DNA of 64,000 nucleotides from Spirochaetota bacterium (GTDB lineage Bacteria; Spirochaetota; UBA4802; UBA5550): NCBI GenBank assembly GCA_963664815.2, contig CAXXHB010000003.1, positions 2,112,001 to 2,176,000 of the forward strand, read 5' to 3'. Shown piece by piece: positions 7,340 to 16,745 of this stretch (position 1 is its first letter; each line of letters starts with the position of its first letter). The notes under the pieces were generated by a model. It saw only the letters and a program-made list of their open reading frames with translations, ran no database searches and was not told where the DNA came from. The position numbers and the translations under genes were made by a program.

Positions 7340-10300
7340 TTACCTCGATGTAAGTGGCATGTAATCAAGTACAGTTGGCACAAGCTTTTCTAAACGTTCA
7401 TCTGGTATTACCCAAGCAGATATACCACGATCAACTATTGCTGGCGTGAGCCCTTCAAAAATAGTTTTTGGGACATCAGTTTTTATTAATGTATAAGGAG
7501 CATCGCCAAATCCATTTACAGCTTGTTTAGCATATGATGCTGCATCCTCTGCATATGTTGAAAAATATTTACCTTCTGCTGATCCTAAATTTCTAAGAAC
7601 TCCACTTGATTGAATATCAGCTAATTCATTCGGACCGACAGCACGATATAATGTTTGAACTTTCTCAACAATTTTTCCTGCAGCATTTGCAATATCATCA
7701 CCATGTTCAAAAGCTTCTTCACCTATGTTTTCAACTACTTTTCCTGTCCCTCCTATTGGTATAATAGGGAGAATAATAGCAGCGGCAGCAAAGCCTTTTT
7801 CTGTATCTGTTGCTTCCTCACCATACTGATTTTTACCTGTAGCTAAAGTGTTAGCACCTATCACAGCTCCAAATAAAACATCATCTACACCACCGCAAAT
7901 TCCCTGAGCACTGACCCCTTCATTTGCGAACATCTTTGTCTCTTTTGCTATCTCATTTCCCTGCTGTATCTCCGCATCTCTTAAACCTGAATTTACCGCC
8001 AGCTGCTTAGCATAGGCTATCTCCGCCCTTTCCTCCGCAAACCTAACTTTAATTGCATGTGCCGCATCAGGATCAAGCTTTTCAAGCAGCGCTATCTTGG
8101 CATTTATTACCAGTGCACCATCTTTTGTATATGTGTCAAGAATATCCTGCTTCAGATCATTTGCTACTTCTTTGGTTCTTGTCTGAATCGCTTTATTCTC
8201 ATCCTGCTGCTCTTCAGGACTCAGTTTTTCTCCGACAGCTTTTTTTAACTCATAATAATCAAGCTTCTCCTGCGCACTTACAGGTTTCCCGTTTTCAACC
8301 TTCTTCTCGTATTCATCCATTGTCTGGTATGATGATACATTTTTATCTTCTGTATAGTGGTCAAATTTTAACAGGTTCTCAGTCTTCTCAATTGTTGTTT
8401 CAATTTCCTGATCCACCTTTTTCGCTGTTTTCTCTGCTTCAGTTAATCCACTTTCCAATGCATCTACTGTATTATATAAGGTCTTTTCCCTGTCTTTTAT
8501 CAGTTCTACTGTTGCGGTATCTACCGTAACTCCGCCTTTAAGCCCTCCACTGTATGTATTGTATTGTGATATTGTTACATCTCTGTTCAGTCCCTCTGCC
8601 GATGTTTCCGGTTTGGTTATTGTTATTGTTCCTGCTCCTATTGTGGCCAGGTTTGTCTGTCTGTTGTCTGTGTAGCCGTAGTTTAAGCTTGAACTGTACG
8701 TATTTTCTGTTGGTTTGAAGCTGCCGCTTGCGCTTCCACCTGCATTGAAAGATACGTCCTTGTCCTTTATGTTGCTGAACTCAAGGCTTCCGGTTGTAAG
8801 TGTCAGGTTATCTGTTGTTGATGCTATTACTGCCCCTCTTAGGGTTGTCTTGTCTTCAACGTCTACGTTTACTGTCCCGCCGGTTAGGGATGTCTGTTCT
8901 GTTACCCAGCTTTTCTTCCCCGTGGAGAAGTTTGCGTTTACTCCGGCATTTCCCGATACGTTTTCGCCTGTTACACTTACTCCCCCGCTTGCGCCTATGG
9001 TCTGCGAGCTGTTTTTACTTTTATCCTGCAGTGATTGTACCACAAGGGAACCATTTACATCAAGGTCAAGCTCGTTTTTCGCCTTTACCACTCCGCCGAT
9101 TACTGTTGTGTCTTCGCTGCTCTTTATTTTTATGTTGTTTCCGCTTAAATGTGCGTTGGTATATGTTTTGCTTTCGCTATCTGTCTCCGTGCTGTCTGCT
9201 GATGCATTAACTCCAATTGCTCCCGATGTTCCGAAACTTACCTTCATGTTGGCATGTTTCTTATCTTCGCTGCTGCTCTCTCTGTTCTCCGCCGCGCTTA
9301 TCTCCACATTCTCTGCGTCCAGGGTTATATCCTCACCGGCTGCCACGCTGCTCCCCTTTACCTCCGCTTTGCTCCCCGCTGTTACGGTAAAGCTCCCTCC
9401 GGTTTTTATTGTCGATGCCTTTGCAGTTGTGCTTTCCGATGTCGATTTTGTTTTTGTGGCGTCTATTTCAAACTGGGCATCTCCGCTGAAGCCGAATGCC
9501 TCTGCAGATCCCGCCGCCCCCGCTGCGCTTTGCAGCAGCGCCGCTGTCTTTGCAACCACGTTCTCCCCGCAGAGCGCTATATTCGCAATGTAAAAGGCCT
9601 CCTGCTCTCTTATTGAATCCAGATCATCCTGGTCTATAAGGTTGTTTTTATGGTCATCTTCCGCTTTCTTCAGGCTCTCCCTGTATTTCTCATAATCATT
9701 CTTTGCCTTTACAACTGCTTCCTTTGCCTCTACCAGAGCCTTTGTTGCGTATGCCACATCCGTTGCGGCATTCTTGCCCCCAAACGAAAATTCCACGCTT
9801 CCGTGAGTCTCTTCTGCTGTATGGCTTGTCTTCTCTTCTGTTGTCTTTATGCTTACGTTTTCTGCCGCCGTAAGGGTTACATCTCCACCGGTATTTATCT
9901 CAGATCCCGCTACTGTTATATTCTTTCCGCTGTTTACCGTAAGGTCTTCCGATACATTAAGTTTTGATGAGCTCTGTGTCTCCCTGTCTGTCCTCTCCTT
10001 TACGCTGTCGTAGCTCCCCCCTGCAAGCGTTACAGAAGCTCTCCCCTGGTCATAGTCAAAGGCGTTTTTGGGGTTGGTAAACAGGTCCATGTTTATCCCC
10101 ATTGTGGTCTTTTCATGGATGCTGTATTCGTAGCTTGTCTCTTTTGCGCTTGTTTCTGTAAAACTGCCGGTTGTGTCAAATTCCGCAATGCCGGCGTTTA
10201 TGGCGCTCCCCTCCATCAGAAAATCGCCGCCTGTGGATGCTTTAAGTTTTCCGGCAGTTATTGCAGATCCCGCGGCTGTTGTTGCTCCGTTTCCGGCTGC

Positions 10301-13300
10301 GTCTATCGATTTGGCGTACAGATCGCCGTCTGTTGTCAATACTCCGCTCTTCTCTGTTTTATGCTCTTCCGCATGTTCGTTGTATGCGGCCCTTACATTT
10401 AAACTGCCGCCGGTGGTTATATCGGCTTCGCCCCCTATATTAAGTGTGCTCCCTGTTATATCGGTATCTTTCCCCGATTTTGATGCGTACTGCCCTGCTA
10501 TGTCAATGGCAGATCCGCTGACTGTCTTGTCCGACACCATGTCGCTTTTCTTCTCGGAGCCGTATAATGCCCCACCTGTGGCAAAACCTGTCTTTTCCGT
10601 TGTCCTGCTGTAGTATGATTCGTCATGAACTGCTATTATCCTTTCGGTACCTTCAGCGTCAAGTTCGGCATCTCCACCCGATTTTATATCGCTTCCAACT
10701 ATATTTATGTCGTTTCCGCTCTTTACCTTAAGGTTTCCCCCTGTTGTGAAACCGGAGCTTACAACGGTCTTTGTACTCATATCCACTGTTGTGGTTTCAC
10801 TGCTGAAGGTTTTATTCTCTTTCTTTGTGCCGTGATAACTACTGGTATCATAGTCGTTAAGAAGATTAAAATTACCCGCTGTAGTTATATCGGCGCTTCC
10901 TGTAATGTCAGCTTTGCTCCCGACAAAGTTTATATCCCTTCCCGATGCAAGTACAAGGTTTCCCCCTGATGCAAGCGTGGAACCGGCAGATTCGGAGGTA
11001 GTTGATATTCCGCTTGTATCGTCAGCTTCCTTATAAACGGTATTATTGATCTTAATCGTTTCAAAATTTATATTCCCGCCGGCTTCAATTACCGCGTCAC
11101 CCCCCGATTTTACTTCTGCCCCCCTGTTTGTAAAATTACCCCCGGCGTTTACAGTCAGTTTTCCCCCTGCTTCTATGGATGCTGCTGCACCAACGGTTGT
11201 ATTTACATAGTCCGGATTATATACTGCAGTGCTTACTTCTGTTTCATTTATAATATTTCCATTTACTGCTGTAAGGGTAAGGGAACCGCCGCTTTTTATT
11301 GTTCCCCCGCTATTTGTTATATTGCCATTCGCGGTTATTTCCACAGAGCTTTTCCCTTCAATCCTGCCGGCATTGCCTACATTGCCATCAGCATTGATAT
11401 TAACCGAATTACCCGCTATTGTTGAACTGCTGTTCTTTGAAAATCCCTCTATTATATGTTCAGGTATATATATCTTCGGTACAAGGACTTTCTGACCCAT
11501 TACCTCATCTTCCACATACCATATAATTGGCTGCTGCAGCCTGTTTATCTGGTCTTTGCTCAGTTCAACTCCCACTGCAAGTTCAAGATCCCTGTAGGCG
11601 CTGGCTGCGTTGTCAAGAAGCCATGTCATCTGCTCCTGGTCGCTCTTTATACTCTCGTCAAGGTACCTGTTTGAAGTGGCTTTAAGGATGGATTCCGTAA
11701 CAAGCTTCTGCTCATAAAACGCATCACCGAGAAATTTCACATCCTTTTCAGGGTTAAATCCTATCCTGGTCAGCAGGTACTGTGAACCCTTAAGCTTTTC
11801 TACATCTATATATTCATTTCTTGTTTCTATAAGGTAGGTCGAACCTGGAGCGCTGTTTACTGTAAAAAGAGCATTTCCGTCATTGTTTATATTTATATTT
11901 TGAGAAAGATCAATGGCTCCATTATTTGCAATTGCTTCATATGCCTTATCAACAGTATTTCCGGATAGTACAACTCCCGGCTTATTCTCCTCTACAAATC
12001 CATTGTTAACCGCACCGCCTGTTAAAGTAACCTTTCCGCCGGCGCTTATAATGGCTTTATCATTGGATACTACATTAATGTATCCGGCTTCCCACACTTC
12101 CGAATAATCATCCCCTTCATCATATTCTGTCCAGCCCCAGTGGCAAAATTTTTTTGTCCAGTGATGTTTATGCCCCATATAATTAAGCTGCGCTACATAT
12201 TCATTCCTGTTGTTTGTTTCATTTATAAGAGTGGCTGCATTTATTGTAATATCAGCTCCTGCGGATATTACGCTTCCATGGTTTTTAACCTCTCCGGATG
12301 TTATGTCCAGATTTCCACCCGCCTTAATAGTGGAATAATCAGTATGCATCAGAGACTGGGAGAGCACATATTGATCCATTACAGCCCAGCATTCATCCCC
12401 ATAGTCCCCTACATGAACAAATGTTGTGGTATACCCGTAGGTATCCTCCCCCGTATTTTCAAGCCTGCCGTCTGCTCCAAGGTTTATTGACATGTTTTTT
12501 TCAGATTCAATATTTGAGGAATAATTATATATACTGTTCCCTGTTGGAGCGGTACCTGTAATAGTCATATCTCCCATAGAATATATATAGCTCTCATTAA
12601 GACCACTCTTGGTATTTTTAAGGGAACCTGTCTCAATAGTCATCTTGTTGCCGGAAAATATCAGGGCTCCGCTGTTAAGAATTGTATCTGCGTGTATAGA
12701 AAGATCATTTCCCGATGATATTTCTTTATAATTACTTATATTTTTCCCATTTATAGCCATATCTGATGCGTTGCTTATAATGCCGCTGTTGACAATATTA
12801 CCGCCGGATGATATTGACACCCCCTGTTTTGAAACAATGCTGCTTCCGCTGCTGTTGACTATATTACCGGAGGCGTTTATCCCTATTGCTCCGTTCATTG
12901 AGAGGTTAATGTTGTTTGTAAAGTCAGCAGAGGATATGCCGAGGTGCTTCTCTGCATATATGGAAGATATTCCGCTGTTCAGGGTAACGTTTCCGGTCAT
13001 ATCTATCCCGATATTACCGGCAGACTTTATCTCTCCGCCAAGTATGTCAAGGCTGCCGTTACCATGTATGCTTATTGTGCCGTTTTCACCAGCTGTTGTA
13101 ATACTCCCGCCGTTATTGTCAAGAGTTCCTGTTGCGGCTATATCTATATTACCCGAGGAGGCTATTTTCCCCCCGTTATTGTCAATTAACCCTGCCAGCG
13201 ATATATCCTTAAGGGCCTTTATGCTCCCCCTGTTGGTTATATTTTTAGCGGAATAGCCTGCGTTCTCCATGGCGAAGGTATTGCCGTTCTGTTTTATATC

Positions 13301-14227
13301 ACCTGAAATGGAGGTTACTGTTACATTTTTCGCAGACTGTGCATTTTTCAGTTCAATATTGCCGTCAGCCGATATTTTTATATCCGATACATCGGCAACC
13401 ATATCACCGTCCGATTTTACGCCAACGCCCTTCTCATTGCTTACCACTGTAATTCGCCCTGCATATATGCTTCCAAGGGCGGAGGCGTCAATCCCTATCT
13501 CAGGTTTCGGTTCGCCTGTATCCTTCTGTGTAAATGTTTTGTCATTATAGTTATAAAACCCGGTTCCCGTATTTATGCTTACATCCTTTCCCCATATGCC
13601 GCCGTTAAGGGAGGCTACCCTTGATACTATTTCAAAATAGTTCACCTGCCCGGCATCTATCCCCTTCCCCTCAACTATCAGTGAACCGCCGCTTATATCT
13701 ATGCCTTTAAAGACATCGGAATCGAAGACAGCCCTCCCTGTGGCCAAGGTTACCCTGGGCATATTGATAAATGAGGCTCCGTTGCACATTATACCGTTGG
13801 GGTTTACAAGGACAAATTCCGCAGATTTACCAAACATCTCCGTGGCTCCCAGCAGGCTGCTTCTTCCGGAGCCCGTCACTTCGTTTATTACAAGAGAGGC
13901 GGCGACGCCGCTGCTCTGGTAATTGGGATTTCCATACATGGCGCCCCCCAGAACAGACACACCCATATTTACGGAGTTGTTGAGTATTACGCCGCCGGTA
14001 CCTACATTATAGTTCTGAAACATGTTGTGCGAAACGCCGTTTGAGTTTGCTGTTGCGAGGTTTACTACTGTTACGCCGTTCTGTGCGGTATCCAGAGTGG
14101 GTTTGTTCGCCGCCGAGGTATCGACAGTTATATCCGCAGCGTATAATGGAGGCAGTGCAAAGGTACACATCTCACCTGCCAGCAGAAGTACAAGTAATTG
14201 CTTGAAGATCTCTTTTAACCTTTTCAT
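7340..14227 (-). CDS. cdiA: CdiA/FhaB-like filamentous haemagglutinin exoprotein with C-terminal ADP-ribosyltransferase-like toxin
   Basis: Signal peptide, TPS secretion domain (GVSHN.F..YNV...GVILNN, NPNGI), FHA repeats, YLIETR/LGDAFYEQKLV region, PT-TG-like TGKNQYGEE, and tip LYRAV...E...I...G...EGKYF. Alternative start at 14251. Confidence 0.85.
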   Translation of the reverse strand: MKRLKEIFKQLLVLLLAGEMCTFALPPLYAADITVDTSAANKPTLDTAQNGVTVVNLATANSNGVSHNMFQNYNVGTGGVILNNSVNMGVSVLGGAMYGNPNYQSSGVAASLVINEVTGSGRSSLLGATEMFGKSAEFVLVNPNGIMCNGASFINMPRVTLATGRAVFDSDVFKGIDISGGSLIVEGKGIDAGQVNYFEIVSRVASLNGGIWGKDVSINTGTGFYNYNDKTFTQKDTGEPKPEIGIDASALGSIYAGRITVVSNEKGVGVKSDGDMVADVSDIKISADGNIELKNAQSAKNVTVTSISGDIKQNGNTFAMENAGYSAKNITNRGSIKALKDISLAGLIDNNGGKIASSGNIDIAATGTLDNNGGSITTAGENGTISIHGNGSLDILGGEIKSAGNIGIDMTGNVTLNSGISSIYAEKHLGISSADFTNNINLSMNGAIGINASGNIVNSSGSSIVSKQGVSISSGGNIVNSGIISNASDMAINGKNISNYKEISSGNDLSIHADTILNSGALIFSGNKMTIETGSLKNTKSGLNESYIYSMGDMTITGTAPTGNSIYNYSSNIESEKNMSINLGADGRLENTGEDTYGYTTTFVHVGDYGDECWAVMDQYVLSQSLMHTDYSTIKAGGNLDITSGEVKNHGSVISAGADITINAATLINETNNRNEYVAQLNYMGHKHHWTKKFCHWGWTEYDEGDDYSEVWEAGYINVVSNDKAIISAGGKVTLTGGAVNNGFVEENKPGVVLSGNTVDKAYEAIANNGAIDLSQNININNDGNALFTVNSAPGSTYLIETRNEYIDVEKLKGSQYLLTRIGFNPEKDVKFLGDAFYEQKLVTESILKATSNRYLDESIKSDQEQMTWLLDNAASAYRDLELAVGVELSKDQINRLQQPIIWYVEDEVMGQKVLVPKIYIPEHIIEGFSKNSSSTIAGNSVNINADGNVGNAGRIEGKSSVEITANGNITNSGGTIKSGGSLTLTAVNGNIINETEVSTAVYNPDYVNTTVGAAASIEAGGKLTVNAGGNFTNRGAEVKSGGDAVIEAGGNINFETIKINNTVYKEADDTSGISTTSESAGSTLASGGNLVLASGRDINFVGSKADITGSADITTAGNFNLLNDYDTSSYHGTKKENKTFSSETTTVDMSTKTVVSSGFTTGGNLKVKSGNDINIVGSDIKSGGDAELDAEGTERIIAVHDESYYSRTTEKTGFATGGALYGSEKKSDMVSDKTVSGSAIDIAGQYASKSGKDTDITGSTLNIGGEADITTGGSLNVRAAYNEHAEEHKTEKSGVLTTDGDLYAKSIDAAGNGATTAAGSAITAGKLKASTGGDFLMEGSAINAGIAEFDTTGSFTETSAKETSYEYSIHEKTTMGINMDLFTNPKNAFDYDQGRASVTLAGGSYDSVKERTDRETQSSSKLNVSEDLTVNSGKNITVAGSEINTGGDVTLTAAENVSIKTTEEKTSHTAEETHGSVEFSFGGKNAATDVAYATKALVEAKEAVVKAKNDYEKYRESLKKAEDDHKNNLIDQDDLDSIREQEAFYIANIALCGENVVAKTAALLQSAAGAAGSAEAFGFSGDAQFEIDATKTKSTSESTTAKASTIKTGGSFTVTAGSKAEVKGSSVAAGEDITLDAENVEISAAENRESSSEDKKHANMKVSFGTSGAIGVNASADSTETDSESKTYTNAHLSGNNIKIKSSEDTTVIGGVVKAKNELDLDVNGSLVVQSLQDKSKNSSQTIGASGGVSVTGENVSGNAGVNANFSTGKKSWVTEQTSLTGGTVNVDVEDKTTLRGAVIASTTDNLTLTTGSLEFSNIKDKDVSFNAGGSASGSFKPTENTYSSSLNYGYTDNRQTNLATIGAGTITITKPETSAEGLNRDVTISQYNTYSGGLKGGVTVDTATVELIKDREKTLYNTVDALESGLTEAEKTAKKVDQEIETTIEKTENLLKFDHYTEDKNVSSYQTMDEYEKKVENGKPVSAQEKLDYYELKKAVGEKLSPEEQQDENKAIQTRTKEVANDLKQDILDTYTKDGALVINAKIALLEKLDPDAAHAIKVRFAEERAEIAYAKQLAVNSGLRDAEIQQGNEIAKETKMFANEGVSAQGICGGVDDVLFGAVIGANTLATGKNQYGEEATDTEKGFAAAAIILPIIPIGGTGKVVENIGEEAFEHGDDIANAAGKIVEKVQTLYRAVGPNELADIQSSGVLRNLGSAEGKYFSTYAEDAASYAKQAVNGFGDAPYTLIKTDVPKTIFEGLTPAIVDRGISAWVIPDERLEKLVPTVLDYMPLTSR
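8023..10115. repeat. ~2.1-kb direct repeat, copy 2 (within cdiA)
   Basis: Matches 2628-4720. The breakpoint at 10115/4720 is sharp: ...GTCTTTTCA|TGGATG versus ...GTCTTTTCA|ATATTC. Confidence 0.95.
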
Positions 14228-14331
14228 AACACTTATCTTCCCGGGTAACATGTTTTTTCAACAGGCGCCCTTTACCGGTTTGTTTATGTATGTCCGGTTT
14301 TATATTTTTTTTAAATCAGATAACTCCCTGG

Positions 14332-14697
14332 TTACTTTTTTATGGCCTTGATCATTTTATTGCATATGTCGTTAAAGATCTCCGCTTCAGCCCCTTTAAG
14401 CTTGGCCCTCTGCATAAAGAAAAGAAAATTTTTCGCCATTGGAAGGGGGAAATCAATTTCAACCGACTTTTTTTTATCTGAACTTACACTCTTGTATTCA
14501 TCTACAAGAAGATTCTTGATATCTATGAACGGCATTACCTCATCGCCTCTGAGGTCAATAGTGTTAAGAATATTTATACAAAGGGCTAGCTCTTCAGAGG
14601 TGAATTTTATACTTACCTTCGGGTCCTTTGCAACTGCCGCTGTCATTATACCCATTATTAACACTGCACAGATTGATGTTTTAAAAAAATTATTCAT
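14332..14697 (-). CDS. Small exported hypothetical protein
   Basis: 121 aa with a Sec signal peptide (...MTAAVA). Lies between cdiB and cdiA. Confidence 0.7.
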   Translation of the reverse strand: MNNFFKTSICAVLIMGIMTAAVAKDPKVSIKFTSEELALCINILNTIDLRGDEVMPFIDIKNLLVDEYKSVSSDKKKSVEIDFPLPMAKNFLFFMQRAKLKGAEAEIFNDICNKMIKAIKK

Positions 14698-14896
14698 AAA
14701 AGCATGGTTTCTTTTTTTTAAATATTTATTTACCCGTATTATATTCCTGAATAAACAGATAAAAAATATATTTAAATCACCGGCGCAATTTGCTCCGGAG
14801 ATTATATTATTTCTTTATTCACACTAAAATATATCTTCAGGAATCAATACATAAATTATATTAATATTTTTATATTCTTAAAATTGTCAACTCAAA

Positions 14897-16729
14897 TTAC
14901 TCTTTTTTATCATTCTTTTTTGTAAACATATTCCATGTTTCTTCGCCAAGACCGGAAATACTCATAGTGGCGGTACAGTAAATAATATGACTGTTTTCAT
15001 CCAGGAAATCGGGCTGGTGATGCTTTTTCGAATATGTAAAGTTTACATTGATTATCCCGGATGTGTAAACAATACCGGTTGAATACCCTGTTATATAACC
15101 TTTTCCCCTGCCGTAATTTGAATCTTTACCCTCTTTTTCAATTATATAGCCGTAATCATACCCTGTAAAAAACTTTAATCCCTTTAAACAGCTCCATATT
15201 GAGGAAAAATCAAAAACAGAGAGATCGTTTCTTATATAAAAACCGCGGTCACCTGTAATTGATGAATCCCTGAACCCCCTTACGCTGTTCATATCACCTA
15301 TGGATATCTTTTCCGAACTGTAAAGTGTATCCATTCCGTACTGGCCGTACGAATTTAAAAGATAACCGAAATACTGACCGAAGATGGTAAAGGTTTTATT
15401 CCATAAAATACTCATATCATATTTATCAAACTGCGCCCTGGGAGTGTCGCCGGTCAGATCGTCTCCGTCTTTATATGCATCAAAGTATTTAAGCCCCCTG
15501 TGGTAATTTGCAGTGCCTGAAAAATACCCCCCGAAGAGATATGTGCTGTAATCAAGACCCGCCTTGAATATGGATAGTTTCCTGCTTGTTGTCTCTATTT
15601 TTGCATCCTCTATAAAGCTTTCCTTGTTCTTCAGTGTCAGAGAGCTCTTTCCTTTAAACCTGTTATATTTATATCTTCCGATCATTCTCTCTATGCTGAA
15701 AATCATGCTTGTGTCATCTCCGGAGGATTTAAAATCCCTGCTGAGCCCTGAAATATACTGCATATATTCCGAACGGCTGTATACCGAAGAGAATGTCCAG
15801 TATCCAACCGGCAGGCTGAAAAACATGGTATAGCTGCGGTTATACTTTTTATCAGTATCGCTGTTCATGCTCTTTGTATAATCAAAGGATACATTATCAT
15901 TGAAGCTTAACAGATCATCAATGTTTACCGTAAGCTTACCCCTCTGTTCACCGGTATTTTTCTGCCCCAGATTATCATAACCGACATCAAGGCCAAGCCT
16001 GCTCCGTGTATCATTGTATATGACAACCTTCGATGAGCCAGTTTCATCACCGGGTATTATTTTCATTGTGGCATTATTTGACTGCAGCCGGTTCATCTGC
16101 TCAATCCCGTAATCGAGGTCTTTAATATTAAGGTAATTACCCTCAAAAAACGGGAATGCCGCCGAAACCTGCAGCCTGTCCCTTAAACTGTCACTTTCAG
16201 GGGAAATTCTGCCTATATACCCGTTAATTATCGTCAGGGTTATTACGCCCGATTTTATGTTCTGGTTAAGGGGAATCTTCACCCTTGCGGTGATATAACC
16301 CTTGTCTATAAGTATGTTTGTTATGCTTCTTACGAGTATGGTCAGGTCATTATAGCTTATCTCTTTATTAAGAAAAGGTTCAAGCAGATTTCTTTTCTCC
16401 CTTCCGCTCAGAAGCTCATCATTTTCAAGGATTATTTTATTTATAAGAAACCTGTTTCCATCTTCAACGACGTTTATTCCGCTCCCTTTTTTCTCTGTTT
16501 CTTTTTTATCTGTTTCCTGTTTCTCACCTTCTTTAAGCTCAAGGCCTATCCTCTCTTTCTCCCGCAGTTTCTTTTCAGTTTCAAACCGCCTACGTTCAAT
16601 CTCTCTTATCGCTTCATCCGATGAACTTACTGCGGCAAACGCATCCATGGATATAAAAAAAACGGATAGTAAAACAGAGAGCATAATAAAGAGCAGACCG
16701 GATGCCGAAGATTTTTTATAAATAAACAT
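14897..16729 (-). CDS. cdiB: ShlB/FhaC/CdiB-family two-partner secretion transporter
   Basis: POTRA region (IDKGYITARV..P.Q....G...L), LNIKDL..GIEQMNRL, YDNLG....G, and IG...SVRGF motif. Confidence 0.9.
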   Translation of the reverse strand: MFIYKKSSASGLLFIMLSVLLSVFFISMDAFAAVSSSDEAIREIERRRFETEKKLREKERIGLELKEGEKQETDKKETEKKGSGINVVEDGNRFLINKIILENDELLSGREKRNLLEPFLNKEISYNDLTILVRSITNILIDKGYITARVKIPLNQNIKSGVITLTIINGYIGRISPESDSLRDRLQVSAAFPFFEGNYLNIKDLDYGIEQMNRLQSNNATMKIIPGDETGSSKVVIYNDTRSRLGLDVGYDNLGQKNTGEQRGKLTVNIDDLLSFNDNVSFDYTKSMNSDTDKKYNRSYTMFFSLPVGYWTFSSVYSRSEYMQYISGLSRDFKSSGDDTSMIFSIERMIGRYKYNRFKGKSSLTLKNKESFIEDAKIETTSRKLSIFKAGLDYSTYLFGGYFSGTANYHRGLKYFDAYKDGDDLTGDTPRAQFDKYDMSILWNKTFTIFGQYFGYLLNSYGQYGMDTLYSSEKISIGDMNSVRGFRDSSITGDRGFYIRNDLSVFDFSSIWSCLKGLKFFTGYDYGYIIEKEGKDSNYGRGKGYITGYSTGIVYTSGIINVNFTYSKKHHQPDFLDENSHIIYCTATMSISGLGEETWNMFTKKNDKKE

Positions 16730-16745
16730 TATCTTTCACCGCTCT

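Noticed and set aside
2736-14351. Many plus-strand ORFs, including the identical 292-aa pair 3320-4198 and 8715-9593
   Set aside because: Antisense shadows of cdiA and its duplicated segment; their identity simply follows the DNA repeat.
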